DNA from: the human T2T-CHM13v2.0 reference genome, Homo sapiens
NCBI RefSeq assembly: GCF_009914755.1
Contig: NC_060932.1
Length of the DNA stretch: 64,000 nt
Reading direction: 5' to 3' (one strand)
Numbering within the stretch: the first letter of the stretch is position 1; every line of letters starts with the position of its first letter. This document shows positions 1 to 14,500 of this stretch, in pieces. The notes beneath the pieces were generated by a model. It worked only from the letters and a program-made list of their open reading frames with translations. It did no database searches and was not told where the DNA came from. The position numbers and the translations under genes were made by a program.

Positions 1-63
1 AGTATGGGGGTAGACCACTCAATCTATCACATGGCCTATTGACATGTGATTCAAAGCGGGTTC

Positions 64-92
64 TGTTGTTGTTGTTGTTGTTGTTGTTGCTG
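64..92 (+). repeat. (TTG)n microsatellite
   Basis: Run of tgttgttgttgttg...; it explains the poly-Leu in ORF 39..239. Confidence 0.9.
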
Positions 93-817
93 TTTTTTGG
101 AGGACGAGGAGAATGGACTAGAAGAGGCAATGTGAGCATAGAGGACACTTTGAAGCCCAATGTTCTGAGGTTGTTTAAGAAAAAGATAGCTACCTCCTCA
201 TGGGTCTGGAGTGATGCAGAGTCATCAGGGCAGAGTTAGGTTTTAGTTTGAACAAGAAAGAGAGAGGGACTTTCCAAACAGATGAACAAAAACCTGCAGG
301 GAATAGGAGATTTGGATAAGAATTGACAATAATTTCCTGAGGGTCTTGGGAGTTGAGGGGATATGCTAGATGAGATCAGATTAGGAGATTAGAGGCCAGG
401 TAATCAGGGTAACCTGGATTTTCAGGTTCATTCCGGAGACCAGTGTATTCCTTGCTTAGGAGGTATCAAATGGAATGTTGTGTTTTTCCATACTTGGTTA
501 CTTGGTTCTAAACAAATAAAGTTATTAAAGGACCAGAGAATTGAGTTATTTCAAGTTTGTCAGAAATTTAGTGGCCCTAACTGGAGGCTTTTTCATGACA
601 AATAACAAATAGATGTTGTTGAGCCCAGCTGTGTGTAGATGTGTAGGCTGGTTTGTCTGATAGAGGTTAGTTTTTATTCCTTAACAAGCACAGCCACCAC
701 AGACTCCTCACCTTTCTAGCACTTAAAAAGCTCACCCTTTCCCCCTCATTATCCTACTCAATGCCTTTCTTCTTCTAATGTGTGTTCACTTGATTGACAA
801 GTAAGTAAACTCAGCAT

Positions 818-1446
818 TGCTGAAAGGGCTCAATTTTCTGGAGTATAAACACTGGCTCTTGGTCTCAGTCGAGAAAGAATTCAGGACAGGGACACACATG
901 AGGAGTGAGTTTAGGAGTGGAAAGTTTAATAGAAAAAGAAAAGATAGAGAAAAAGCTTCCTGATGCTGCGAAAGCAGGTGGCCCAAAACAGGGTCTCCAA
1001 TTTGCCAGGGAACACGATTGGTTTTGTACAGAGGCTTGAAGAGGTGGTGACTGATTTACATAGGGCTCAGGGGTTGACCAGGTGTGCTATTTACCTAGCC
1101 CTGGAAAAGACTGGCCCTCCCACCCTAGTCTTTTATTATGCAAATACGGCCTCCACCTGGCAGCAGCCATAATGCCTGCACAGGTTGTTTTACCTGGAGG
1201 CTGCCATGATACCTGTAAGGAAAAGAGGGCAGGAGATGGCATATTGAATGTACCTGGCTTCTAGGTACAGCTGCCAGTATTTACATATAAAAGCTCCTAC
1301 TTTGCATGTCTATGCCTGACTTCTCAGGCTGCTTTCTGTTTAGACAGGAAATGGTTTTGAGCTGCTTTTTATGAAAGGAAAATTCCACCGAGAACTTTCA
1401 CCCTTTCTAGCTGCCTAAAAATTATTTCTTAATAACTCTTGTATTA
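818..1446 (-). mobile_element. ERV1-class (MER4-group, MER61/MER83-like) solo LTR
   Basis: Minus strand starts TAATACAAGAGTTATTAAGAAATAATTTTTAGGCAGCTAG and contains AAAGCAGC motifs; the plus strand has 'gagaaagaattcagg...gaaagtttaatag', typical of the reverse of MER4-group U5/R. Subfamily uncertain. Confidence 0.7.
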
Positions 1447-1451
1447 TTGTC

Positions 1452-1786
<335 letters not shown>

Positions 1787-3396
1787 TGAGGATCTTGGGT
1801 TTTTTGTTTTTATTTTTGATAAGAGCCTAAGAAGACTAACGCTGGTGGTTGTAGTACAAATGATGGTGGTGACTCAGTGAGTGTTGTGAGTGGGGTTGGG
1901 GAGGGGATTACTGGGGACAGGGAGGAACACTTTCCAGGAGCGTGTAGAGTTCTGCCAAGGATATGTGAGGGCAAGGTGGAAAAAAATCTATCATATCCAG
2001 ACCTCTAGACCTCACATCTAACATCCAGAGCACAAAGATACAATTTTTATAAAGGGTAACATGCTTGCTGTGATTAATAAAATGTTCTATATAGCCAGAT
2101 ATTTTGTGAATAGATGAAGTGGAAATTTTCCCAATTTACTTATCTCTATATTTAGACATAGATTTCTAAATATTCTTACCTTACTTTGTTAATTAAATCC
2201 AGATTTATCATCTATGAATAAGTCTAAATTTATCCTCTATGAATATATCTAAAATTCCTTAAATTTATTTACGTGCATGAACTACTTGTTACTGCTCTGT
2301 ATAAATAGAAGACTTGCAATTTAACAGTTTTATTGTTATTTTTAAGTAAATCTCAGTGAATTCTCCTGATGTTAGTAGACTAAAATTTGGGAATAAGTTT
2401 ATGTCTACCCCATCCATAAACTTCATTATTTTAAAAGTCGTTATCTTATTTCTCAGCTTTTATCTTTCCAGTTTAAGGAGCTCTCATTTGTAGTCTGTCA
2501 TTATCCAGAAGGCTCTCCATATCCTTGATCAAGAGTAGAAAGGTTAAGCTTCACTTTCTAAATCAGAACCTGAAGGAACTTGATAAGAGACAGCCAAAGT
2601 CAGGGATCATTAATCACTATCATGCAAGAAAAATTGAGAAAAGTATCAAGAAATGCAGCATTGTCGTTTGGGGCCCACTTTCTTTTTTTTCTGTTTTAAT
2701 TTTCTTTCAAAATTTGAACAACATACATTAAGATAATTAAATTAAAAGAATCTTGAGTTACTAAAGGCTTATGGTAAAAATTTGTTTTTGAAATGATATA
2801 GTCTCAAAATAGCACTTTTTAATAAAATGTTATTTTATAACATTTTATAATAAATTTGGAGTTAAATTATTCTTCAGGCTAAACACAGTCACACAAAGAT
2901 GTGAAAATATGGAATTTTCTTGTATTTCTCTCTATCTCTTCATATTGCTTCCCATCTGCATCCCCCAACTGACAAAAAAACATATCAACCATCAAACTAA
3001 GTGTAGTACTTGTGTAATATTTTTCATATCTATGTTCTGAGAGAAAAATCTTTACAATTCATTTTTATAAATATTTTTATGGAAGTAAGTTATGGGTTAT
3101 AAGGGGATCTGCAATCAGATAGGGATGAGATTGTTTTGGGGGTCAAAAAAGGAAAGGAAGAGAGAGAGATATAGTGTTAGAGAGAAAGAGCCAGAGGGAG
3201 AGCAAAAGAGAGAGATTCAAAGAGGTTCTTCAAGGGAAATAGCACCTATGCTGGATATATTGTTCTGAGAGATTTTAGGCAATGGGAGATTATGCATGGG
3301 TGGTTGTTGACAGTTACGGGTGTGGAGCTCATCCAAGCAGAGTGTTGGAAATGAGAATAAGAAAAAAAAATAGGAATAATTTTAGAAGCTCTAAAT

Positions 3397-3739
3397 CAGC
3401 GGTCCCCCACCTTTTTGGCACCAGGGAGCGGTTTTGTGGAAAACAATTTTTCCATGGATGGCAGGGGGAAGACAGTTTTAGTTTTGGGATGAACCTGTCC
3501 CACCACACATCATCAGGCATTAGATTCTCATAAGAAGCATGAAACTTAGATCCCTTCCATGCACAGTTCACAGTAGGGTTCGCACTTCTAAGAGAATCTA
3601 ATGCTGCTGCTGATCTGACAGGAGGTGGAGCTTAGGCAGTAATGCTTCCTAGCCTGCTGCTCACCTCCTGCTGTGCGGCCAGGTTCCTAACAGGCCACAG
3701 ACTGGTACTGGTCCATGGCCCAGGGGTTGGGGACCCCTA
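3397..3739 (+). mobile_element. MER1B-like hAT-Charlie non-autonomous DNA transposon
   Basis: Terminal inverted repeats cagcggtcccc...ggggacccct; perfect 8-bp TSD ctctaaat at 3389-3396 and 3740-3747 (hAT length). Confidence 0.92.
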
Positions 3740-4157
3740 CTCTAAATAATATGAACTCAATTTGGACCAATAGATAGAAAGTCAATGATGGATAGCTAGG
3801 AAAATGACCACCACTAAATGTTGTTAGTAGTTTTGCATACTTATTGAGTAAGTACGTACCCAATATTCTAATGGAGAGAAGAAATTGTGACAATTGGTAA
3901 GGAGTGAGAATATGATTATCTCTGTGCAAATGAACATCTACTGTTTCTTCAACTTGCTTTTACAAAGGCTCTGCAATATCCCTCACACTGTTTGCTTGTA
4001 TTCCAATCATCCTTTTAGGTTTCAGGTTAATTTTGAAGTGAGAGGACATAATTTGAACACATTCAAGCATCTAAAGATACTGCTTTGCATTTGTTGGTCT
4101 CTTCTAGTCACTTTCTTTTCATAACTACCATTGATACCTAAAGAAAATCTTTGTCTT

Positions 4158-4459
4158 GGTTGGGCATGGTGGCTCACGCCTGTAAACCCAGCACTTTGGG
4201 AGGGCTAGGTGGGTGGATCACGAAGTCAGGAGATTGAGACCATCCTGGCCAACATGGTGAAACCCTGTCTGTACTAAAAATGCAAAAAAATTAGCTGGGC
4301 ATGGTGGTGCTCATCTGTAGTCCCAGCTACTTGGGAGGCTGAGGCAGGAGAATTTCTTGAACCCTGGAAGTGGAGGTTGCCCTGAGCCGAGATTGAACCA
4401 CTTCACTCCAGCCGGGCAACAGAGTGAGACTCCGCCTCAAAAAAAAAAAAAAAAAAAAA
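4158..4459 (+). mobile_element. Alu (AluSc-like)
   Basis: Full dimer with gatcacgaagtcaggagattgagaccatcctggcc and a poly(A) tail. Confidence 0.97.
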
Positions 4460-4719
4460 GAAAATTTTATTCATATATTTTAATGGTTATTCTCATTGAA
4501 TTATTTTGTATTACCTGGTTAAGTGCATGATTTTTAAAAATATATTTAATATAATTATATTCACAAATATTATTGTGAACTTTTTTATACTGGGTAAATA
4601 AATGGAATCTGAAAACAGATGTAAACTCCTACGTGATTACCTTAGACTCTTTGTGAAGTTTCTTCTCTTAAATGTAGGAACATAATCCTGCAGACTGAAG
4701 GTTGGGGGAAATTTTTTAA

Positions 4720-5620
4720 GATTTTAAAGCTGTAAACTTTCTAAGGCTTAAAAATGATGGGTTTGGCTACATCAAAAATAACAATATATATTGAACAAAA
4801 ATTCCACAGATAAATTTGGCAGGTTATGACATGAAGAAAGGACTTTTGCAATGTTTAAAACTAACAAGTTACTAATATGTAGACTACAAAAAAATACCTT
4901 ACACATCACCAAAAAGAATGAAGATCCAAGAGAAAAACGAAAAAGGAAGCCTGAATGGCTGACAAGTATATAAAGAATTGCTTTAACTCATTAGAGAAGT
5001 ACAAATTAAATAAGTTAAACAATAGGAGAAGTTACTTCATAATGTGACAAGTATTGGAAAGATGGATAATGATAATTACTCTTGGAGGTGTTGATAGATG
5101 GGAGCTCTGAACTGGGAAATGTACATTAGTGAGGCTGTACTGGACCAACCTGACTGAATTTAATAAAACCATGTATTTGCATCCTCTAAGGCCCTGTATT
5201 TCATTCCTGGGTATTTAGCTTAGAAATGTTTTCACATAGGTCTGTAAGGTGGCATGTGAAAGGATGTTCACTAAAGCCTTATTTATATTGGCTGGGAATT
5301 GAGGGTGACCCTGGGTATCAATCATTATAGTAATGGATCAGTAAAGTGCTGAAAATCTGTAGTATTGAACACTTAGCTGCAGTAGGAAACAAAAATTTAA
5401 TTATTTGTAGAACAATAGAAATCTCAAAAATGTTGATGAATGATAAAGGTAGGTAACAGAAACAGATTTGGAAAACATTAACATTTATGTAAATTTGAAA
5501 CCATACTTCCTCTTCCCACAAAAACTGCATATACTATAGGACAAATTCATAGATAAGGATATATATTAAATACACTGGTATAGGTACTTATGGGGGAGTA
5601 GGATGTTAAGGGAAGAAAGA
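4720..5620 (+). mobile_element. Ancient L1 (L1M/L1ME-like) ORF2 3' end and 3'UTR remnant
   Basis: A-rich degenerate L1 motifs such as tttcattcctgggtatttag and ggatgttcact...ttatttatattgg. Confidence 0.6.
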
Positions 5621-7069
5621 GACATAACTGAGCTTAAAATGCATGAAACAAAAGTGAACAGAAGAGGTGCCATTACTGGAGATGTGAAATACAATATACT
5701 ACTAATAGAAAGATATGATGAACTCACTGGTATTCCTTAGGATTAAATACTTTTCTTTACAAAGTATTTTTCTTAATACCTGACCAAACTTGAATAAATC
5801 AATAAATCATAAAAATATAAATTACACAATTAAAAATGCATTATAGTATTTAAAAGACTTATCAAAAAGATAGAATATTATATTTTCTAATGCAGTCATT
5901 TGAACATGCTGTGTTTGTGTGACCGATCTTTTAACATTCAATAATTCATACAGCAAAAGTGTTTTAAATCACAGTGTGAAGGAACAAATATAGTAGCAAA
6001 ATTCATCTCATTTAACAAAAGATGAGTAAAAATCGACTAATCCTTAGATGCTTATTAAACTTTGAGTTAGAACTAGATGACCAATGATAAACAAATGATG
6101 CAACATGAGTCCAGTCAAAAATCAGATGAAAAACTTAACACCTGTATAATTTCCACCCAACCTCTTGGAGCATATAATCTCTCTCTTTTCTTAAATGGCA
6201 ATGAAATTCACACACATTCATTTACAGCTGCAATCAATATTTATTGTTAATACTCTTTATATTTAGTTTCTAAAACTTCCTAGTAATCACTATAATGCGA
6301 TTTTAAGTAACTGCCTAAAGCAATACAGATTTTGTCATAAATAAGAAATTAGCTATGGCAAAAAGAACAGCATATTAACATGCACTGGGCAACTGTTCCA
6401 ATTCTTGGTTTTCTTTTAAACCTCAATAGTGTTACTCTCTGCTATTATCACACATTTTGCAGGCAACTTGTCAAGTTTTGGTTGTGGTTGTGTTTTCTCT
6501 TTCTGGTAAATGAGAATTTTCATATCTTCAAGTTACTAAAGAGAAAGGTGGAAAAAAAGAAACAAAACACACTTGGTTTACCAAATTGCAGAGTCCAGAA
6601 CTAAATTAAATGGAAGCTGGGGTGAGGGAAGTTGGCTTTTTTGACAATGTAAAGTTGAAGATTTGATAGTGGATGTAATTATATTTTTCAGAACCTGTAA
6701 TAGTTCTGTGCTATGCCAGAGATTATTTGAAACAGCTATAGAATCTGATAGCTTCTTTAGGACCAAGGAGTAACATGCTGACATGTGAAATGCTGTCAGT
6801 CTGCTTCCTCTTCTCTATCTCCCTTCCACAAATAGGGTGTGTATTATTTTCTCTTTCACATCACTTTAACTCCTACCTCCTCCACAATCTGATAAATATT
6901 TATATGCACTACACATATTGTTTAAGGAAAAAGCTTAATGCAATGAATCTTTCAGTGTTTGAAACTCAAAAAACCATACTCATGCATTTCCTCCTACTTC
7001 GGGCACTGTTATCTTTTCTCTGAGACAATGGCCACCACAGACTAAATTGAAGATGAAGCTCATGGAGAA

Positions 7070-7423
7070 TATCTTAGTATATTCAAGCTGCTATAACAAA
7101 AATATCATGAACTGGGTACTTATAAACAAGAGAAAATTATTTCTAAGAGTTATAGAGACTAGAAAATCCAAGTCAAGACTCCAGGAGATTCAGTGTCGAT
7201 GAGGGTTATCTGTTTCATAGATGGCACCTTCTCACTATGTCTTTACATGGCGAAAGGGACTAGTTAGATCTCAGGAGTGTCTTGTGTAATGGCACTAATT
7301 CCATTCATGAGGGCAGAGCCCTAATGACCTAATGACTTCCTCAAGGCCCCACCTTCTAATACTGTCACAATGAGGGTCAGGTTTCACTATGAATTTGAGA
7401 GGCACAAAAACATTCAGACCATA
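7070..7423 (-). mobile_element. MaLR LTR (MLT1A-like)
   Basis: gctgctataacaaaa...ccattcatgagggcagagccct...aggccccaccttctaatactgtcaca...aacattcagaccatag. Confidence 0.85.
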
Positions 7424-7559
7424 GAAGAGAGCAGATGTTTCAAGAAAATGTAGGAAAAAAATCAGCACTCGTGAATATGTCAAAATACTGTAAGATTTTA
7501 GCAAATACTGGTAGCTATCTTCCTTGAGTCCCAGTACCTGTTTTGCCCTTCTTATATAT

Positions 7560-7835
7560 TGTAATGGAATATTAAGCTGGGAACTTGTCTGACTAGCTAA
7601 GTAATACATTCCACAGCCCTTTTGCAGCCAGTGCAGCCATGGAACTAAGTTCTGTCAATCAGAGATGAATAAAATGGTAAATTTACATGCCAGGGCAAGC
7701 CCTTAAGGAAAGGGTTGTGCTCCTCCTGTCCCTTCAGTTTTTCATTTTGTGGCTTGGAAACTGGACACAACAGCAAGTCATCTGGAACCTTATAGATGAG
7801 GGCAATAGCACAACACAGCAAAAGAAGCTGCTGTG
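7560..7835. mobile_element. Old MaLR LTR fragment (MLT1H/J-like)
   Basis: tacattccacagccctttttgcagccag...ccatggaactaagttctg motif. Confidence 0.5.
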
Positions 7836-7847
7836 TCAGCCCAGTGA

Positions 7848-8563
7848 CATCACAATGGCAATTACATTTCAACATGAGTTTTAGAAGGGACAGACATTCA
7901 ACAACAACATTCTACTCACTGCTCCAAAACCTCCTCTCCTTCTCACAAATAATATTATTTATTCCATCCCAATAGCCGCTTAAGAATTCATTCCAGCATC
8001 AACTCAAAAGTCCAAAGTCTCATCTAAACCAGGTATCGGTGAGACTTAAGGCATGACATAACGCTGTGCTTAAGCTCAGACTGTAACATCAGAAAGCTAT
8101 ACATTTATATATCACTTCAGTCAACTGTTATCCTTACAACCTAGCTATAAAATGATTTTTATATTAATCCTACAATTTGGAAAACACTATTAAATATTCT
8201 TCATCAAAACTTGCACATTGTCTTTGTTTTGTGTTACTATAAGAGGATACCACAGATTGAATAATTTATAATAAACAAATTGTTTGGCTCATGGTTCCAG
8301 AGACTGGGGAGTCTAAGATTAACAGGCCAGTATCTTGCAAGGGCCTTCTTGCTGCATCATTCTATGGTGGATGGGAACAAAGAGAGTGAGATAGAGAGCA
8401 AGAAAGGGAGAACCCCCTTCCAGGATAAAGGCATTGGTTCATTCCTGAAGATGGAGCCATCATGACTCAAATACCTCTTAAAGGCCCCACCTCCCAATAC
8501 CATCACAATGGCAATAAAATTTCAACATGAGTTTTGGAGGAAACAAACATTCAAATCATAGCA
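7848..8563 (-). mobile_element. MST/MLT1A-type MaLR: LTR remnant plus internal fragment (7848-8060) and LTR (8218-8563)
   Basis: The motif cacaatggcaat...tttcaacatgagtttt occurs twice; internal motif ttccagcatcaactcaaaagtccaaagtctcatct. Confidence 0.75.
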
Positions 8564-8829
8564 CTTGTTTAATTCCACTTTCAAATTATTATTTAGGTTT
8601 AATTAATCTTATATATGGCTTTATTCATTTAAGGCAGATCCTTAATACATTCAACTTCAGAAAGTGGTACATCTTGATTCTTTTATAAATACAAGTTAAG
8701 AAAATTAGAAGATAACTACCTTATTACAATTATTTCATATTGTCATAAAATTTTCTTTAATGCATAGACAATAAATATTAAGAATTAAAACCTTTCATAA
8801 CCAAAAACCAGTTATCTTTATTTGAAGAC

Positions 8830-9200
8830 TTTCTGATGGCCTAAACAGAAAACTTAAGGGAATAAAATGAAAATCTATTTAAAGTAACAAAAGAGTTCAC
8901 TAAGATGTTTGTTTCCCAGATGAATACAGAACAATTAATAGCTTATATATACCAATAGTAATCCATTTGGAACTCTTATGGAAATAAGACTCCTTTCGTG
9001 AACAGAACAAAACTCCAGTGAAGAAACTTCTAAACTTTATTAAGAAATAAAGAGGAAATTGAAATAACGCATGAGGCAGATGATGACATTTTTGAATGGA
9101 ATGACTTGAATGTTATTTACATGTCAATTTCCCATAAGTAATTTTTGTTTGATTTAATTCCTCTGAAATTCCTAATGGATGTTTTGGAACTTAAAAATTC
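8830..9200 (+). mobile_element. Ancient L1 ORF2 fragment
   Basis: Degenerate ORF2 motifs (aattaatagcttatatataccaatag; atgtcaatttcccataag...tttaattcctctgaaattcc). Confidence 0.5.
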
Positions 9201-10014
9201 CCTTTTATTCTGTGTAACAATAACATATTTTTTTATTTGGTTCAAATAGCTCTGTTTTAGATTCAAACATATTGAATTATCTTTTAAGAATTCTGAAATT
9301 AGTTTTAGATTGCCTCTTCAAGGCAACTGGCTTATTGATTGCTCATAATATAGTGGCATCAGCAGTGTTCAAAGAGCATGCATGAGTGGAAGTCTTATCT
9401 TAGGGTCAAGTGGAGAAGAGGAAATTGAAAAAATAACCTAAACTAAAACAACAGATAGTGTTGGTCCTCAGTTATGAACTAAAAATGAACTTCTTTAAAA
9501 AATATTTTGGAACATGCCACATTTTATTTTACTGTTTATACTGTATTTTTAATATCATTAATATTTTGAATCTATAGTCTTTTACCACTTATGGAACATA
9601 TTTACATATTTTATCTGACATTTTTCCTGTTAAGCCTGATTATAGAAATGGTTGTCATCCCATGGTTATACGTAAAGAAATTAAGAATGAGAGAAGTTAA
9701 AAAATTAAGAATGAGAGAAATTAAGAATGAGATAAGTTTCAAGTGAAACAGGGAGTAGTAACTCTTGATTCCTAATCCAGTGCTCATTCTGTTATCCCAT
9801 GTTACATCTGAATAGTCATCTTTAATAATAAATAGCAGTGAAATTGGGCATCAAGCGTTTCTTCTCACTGATCTGGCCTTTAAGTCAAAGCCATCGATTC
9901 TCCTTTAGCTTCTGTTCCTGTAATACATAATGATTCTCCCTTGATTTCTCTTGCATCACCACAACCAGCTAATTTTTGTATTTTTTTTTTAGAGAAAGGA
10001 TTTCACCATTTTGT

Positions 10015-10327
10015 TTCATTTTATTTATTATTATTACTTTTTGAGATGGGGTTTCACTCTGTCACCCAGGCTGGAGTGCAGTGGCACTGTCTCAGCTCAC
10101 TGCAGTCTTGACCTCCCAGGCTCAAGCGATCCTCCTGGCTTCAGCCACCTGAATACCTGTGACCACAGGCACACACCACCACACCAAGATAATTTTTGTA
10201 TTTTTTTTAGAGAAAGGATTTCACCATGTTGCCCAGGCTTGTCTTGAACTCCTGAGCTTAAGTGATTGGCCAGTCTTGGCCTCCCAAAGTGCTGGGATTT
10301 TACAGGTGTGAGCCACTACACCTAACC
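10015..10327 (-). mobile_element. Alu (AluJ-like)
   Basis: tgcagtcttgacctcccaggctcaagcgatcctcc (J-type right arm); full dimer. Confidence 0.95.
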
Positions 10328-12743
10328 CTCTCTTAGCTATTCTGTACTGGCTTCTTCTGTTTCACCCACTCCACACATGTTGGTGTTATCCAGAGCTGGC
10401 TGTATTCTTCATTTTCGTCTCTTCTAATTATAGTGTTCTCCTACGTACTTTTTTTTTTTTTTTTTTTTACTGTTTATGTACCTGTATCTTCTAAGTCAGT
10501 GTATTTACCTTCAGGTCCTCCCTAGAGACCCATCCAGATCTTCAATCTCATTGTCTTCTCAAAATAGGCCTCTTCACCAGTTATACTATTTATTCACACT
10601 GTATAGATGAAAATGTCCCAGAAAGCCTAAGCAACTTGCTCAAGTTCTTTAAGATAGAAAATGACAGAGTCAAAATTTAACCAAGACTTGTCTTTAAAGC
10701 TTGTTTTATTTACATTTAATATTGCATAGCACATATAGCATCATGTTCTCTCTCTCTCATTATTCAGTAGACTTCCCTCAGGCATAAATTATATCTTGTT
10801 TATTTTTGCATCCTAAAGTCTAACAAATTGTATAGCACATAGAAGATGTTCTCTAAAGGTCTTGATAATAAATGATCATAATAATACCGGGGCCTATTTT
10901 TATGTGAAAGAGTATGATCATAAAATGTAAAATACCAATTTATGCTTTTTATTTCCCATTCATTGCTAACATTATTTTGTTCCACCTGTTTTGTGCAGCC
11001 TATTCCAGTGACACATCACTTCTTTTTCTTTCTAGAATAAAATAAAACAGCCTGGGACATTGGCTGCTCTAAATTACAGAAGGTAATTGATCATGTACAC
11101 TTTCACTAAGCTGAAGCTAGGAAATGACCTTACTGCTTAATCTGGATTCTTCCTGTAATACAGCTGCATACAGTAACTGAAAATTAGTAGGCTAAATAAG
11201 CAACATAGCTCATGCTATGCATTGGAGGATTAACTACAAGAAACACGATAATAAAGGATATTCTGCCACAGCTATCATGGCCATTGTAGCTCTACATTTT
11301 TACTTGGTTTCACCTCTTTTAAATCAATGAGCTCTTTGGGGAGCTGTCTGTGTGAGAGAAAATGTATCACACGGTGCATTTGCCTTCTATTCATTTTATT
11401 GTCTCAGTCACAGTAGAATGACCTCATTTGTCCTCTAATTTGCTCACCTCTTCCAATATGCTTCTTGTTCTAAAAAGCTAAATCTCATGCAAATACTATA
11501 AGCCTGTAGCAATTTTCTGCCAATTACACTGAAGTTGAGTAACATTTTCCAACTCTTCAAAAATTACCTCCTTTCTCATATATAAACTGATATTAATCTG
11601 TCCCTTTGGCCTACCTCTATCCAAAATTGGAGCCAGTCATGCTGAGCTCCCCCAGCATCACTTACATTTCATTGTCAATATCATTCCTTAGATAAAAAAT
11701 AAAATGTTGAGGTGTTTACCAACTGCAGCCAATGCTTGAGATGATAATTTGTAAAAAATGCAAATGTGTGGCTTTATTTTTTATGTGTCATTAATTGCAT
11801 AATCCCCCTTTGACAACTTTATTCATTTGCTAACAAAACATTAAACTGAGAAATCGCAGTACCTACAAATGAGGAGTAGGAGGTGGAAAGTAATTTTAGC
11901 AGGATTTCTTCTTATGTATCTTGATCTTAGCTTTAATGACTGAAGTTTGATTTTCACTTATTGACTGGGACATGAACACAAAAGGTTAAAGTATAACTTA
12001 CCTAATGCTAATATTTGCAGTCTCTTGGTGTGTCAAATTCTCAAGCTACTGAAACGTGTACATTTTATTCTTTGGGCAAACTATGTTAATCATAGTTTGC
12101 TGAACTTATTATGTGGCATCGTAAATATGAATCTTTGTAAATGCCTCTTTTCTCTGCTTAGACTATCTCCTCTGATTTTCAGATTTCTGTCACTTCACAT
12201 CTCAACACCAAGAATATTTATATACTAATGTATGCTTCTTATAACTTCTATGAAACTGTTGTTACTTAAGAGCAGCTTTTATACATTCTTTACATTTTAA
12301 TCTACTGAAATATTCAGAAGAGTGCTTTGAAATAGTTGATACTCATTGTCACCATGAATGGAACTAATTTGTCTCTGTCAAAAGAAAAGTCTTACATATT
12401 ATGTTATAGAAAATAGAGTTACTGTCTTCATAAAGAAGCCTACATTCCTCAATTAATATGTAAAACAGTATTAGCCAAAGAGTAAAAATAAATGTACAAT
12501 TAAATGGAAATGGCTGTATATAGAGATAAAATATGCAGATCAATAACAGGTGCCATTATTTTCTAATTTTGGTTAGTAGGAAAAGGCAGGCTGTGGGAAC
12601 AATGGGGAGATATTAATTTCAACTTGGACAAACTGAAAGAAAATTAAAAAGGTGATTCAAGGTGGTAGATTACTTTTAATTATACAGTTGGATGAGAAAT
12701 AAAGACATCAATAAATGAATTTGTTTGATATTCTTATAAGTTC

Positions 12744-13224
12744 CGATGCAGGGAAGACAAATCTCAAAACTGGGGCTTAGCCCTGGAGGGTTCTTGACTT
12801 CACTGAGCAAAGGATTCAATAGTTAGCCGGTGATGTTAAACAGCAACTTTTATTGAAGCAGCAGTGTGCAGCAGCAGCAGAGGTACTGCTCCTTACAGAG
12901 TAGAGTTACCCCTTAGGTAGGGTGTCCAAAGCTGAAAAGCAGTTCTGCTGTCATATTTATACTCAGTTTTAATTACATGCAAATTAAGGGGCAGGTTCTG
13001 CAGAAATTTCTAGGAAAAGGGTAGTAAATACTAGGTTGTTACCATCGAAAGGGGAGGTAACTTCAAGGTGTTGCCATGGCAATGGTAAACTGACATGGCA
13101 AACTGGTGAGTGTGCCTTATGGAAAGCTGTTTCCACCACCCACAACCCTGTTTTAGCTAGTCCTCACTTACTTGGCCTGGTGTCTGAGCCCTGCATTCAG
13201 AGTTGAGCCCTGCCTCCTACCTCA
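12744..13224 (-). mobile_element. ERV1-class solo LTR (MER66-like)
   Basis: Minus strand starts TGAGGTAGGAGGCAGGGCTC...GAGGACTAGCTAAAACAGGG; 4-bp TSD gttc at 12740-12743 and 13225-13228. Confidence 0.8.
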
Positions 13225-13239
13225 GTTCTGCACTTCAAT

Positions 13240-13362
13240 TATTTGTTTACTTATCCAACAGAGACCTTTTGAATGCTTTTGTGTGCCATGCACTGTCCTA
13301 GCCTCCAGTGACACAAAGGTGAATAAGACTGAAAGCTGCCTTCAAAAACAGTTCACACCACA
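13240..13362 (-). mobile_element. L2 3'-end fragment
   Basis: ttatccaacag...gtgtgccatgcactgtcctag...gtgaataagac, typical of the reverse L2 tail. Confidence 0.6.
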
Positions 13363-13378
13363 GTAAAGTAAAATATAA

Positions 13379-13732
<354 letters not shown>

Positions 13733-14339
13733 CATATGCTTTTAAAATGTCTTGTTTATTCTCAGACATATTCTAGGCCAGCTGAACTAATAGAGTTGGT
13801 TGCTAGAAGAATTCCTCACTCTTAAGTCTCTTTTCTTCTTCATCAGGAGGTTCACTTGGAAAGGAAAAAGCTATGTCAAAATACTTTTGCTATATTTCAC
13901 ATTAAACTGTTCTTCATAGCCATCCTGCAGTGTCCAGATGTCTGAGGGCAAAAGATCTATATATATTGATGAGACAAATCTGAGCACAAGGGAATTTACA
14001 ACTGAGAATTTCCCTCAAGGGAGTGAATGTGTGGATACACTTTCCCTGTCCTATCAGGGCACTCACAGAGACATTTCACAATTGACAATGACAGCAGGAT
14101 GTGATTCCTGAGGTGTATTCTACAAAGCACTGAGACTACTTAAAATATGTGTATGTGGGCTTAAGGCAGATAGTGTGCAGACTAACAATCAAACTCTGAG
14201 GGGCCTGCAAGGAAGAGGTAGGCAATTGAATTGATGTCATTTTTCTTTGAAATGTAAATAATTCTAGCTTAGGAGAGAGTTTGATTTTGATAAGATGGCC
14301 TCAACTCCACTCCTAACAGATCAAGAAGGAAGAAAAATG

Positions 14340-14500
14340 TTCAGAGTATTTTTTGTATATCAATAATATGCAGGGCACTTTTACTAAGATTAACATATTT
14401 AACACTTATAGGAGTCATGGGAGATAAGAATAATTGTCCCCATTTTATATGTATTGAAACCAAGCTCAGTTAAACTGTTAAATAGAAATTAGGTTCAAAT
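14340..14500 (-). mobile_element. MIR fragment
   Basis: gggcactttt...tgtccccattttatatgtattgaaaccaagctcag core-like motif. Confidence 0.55.
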
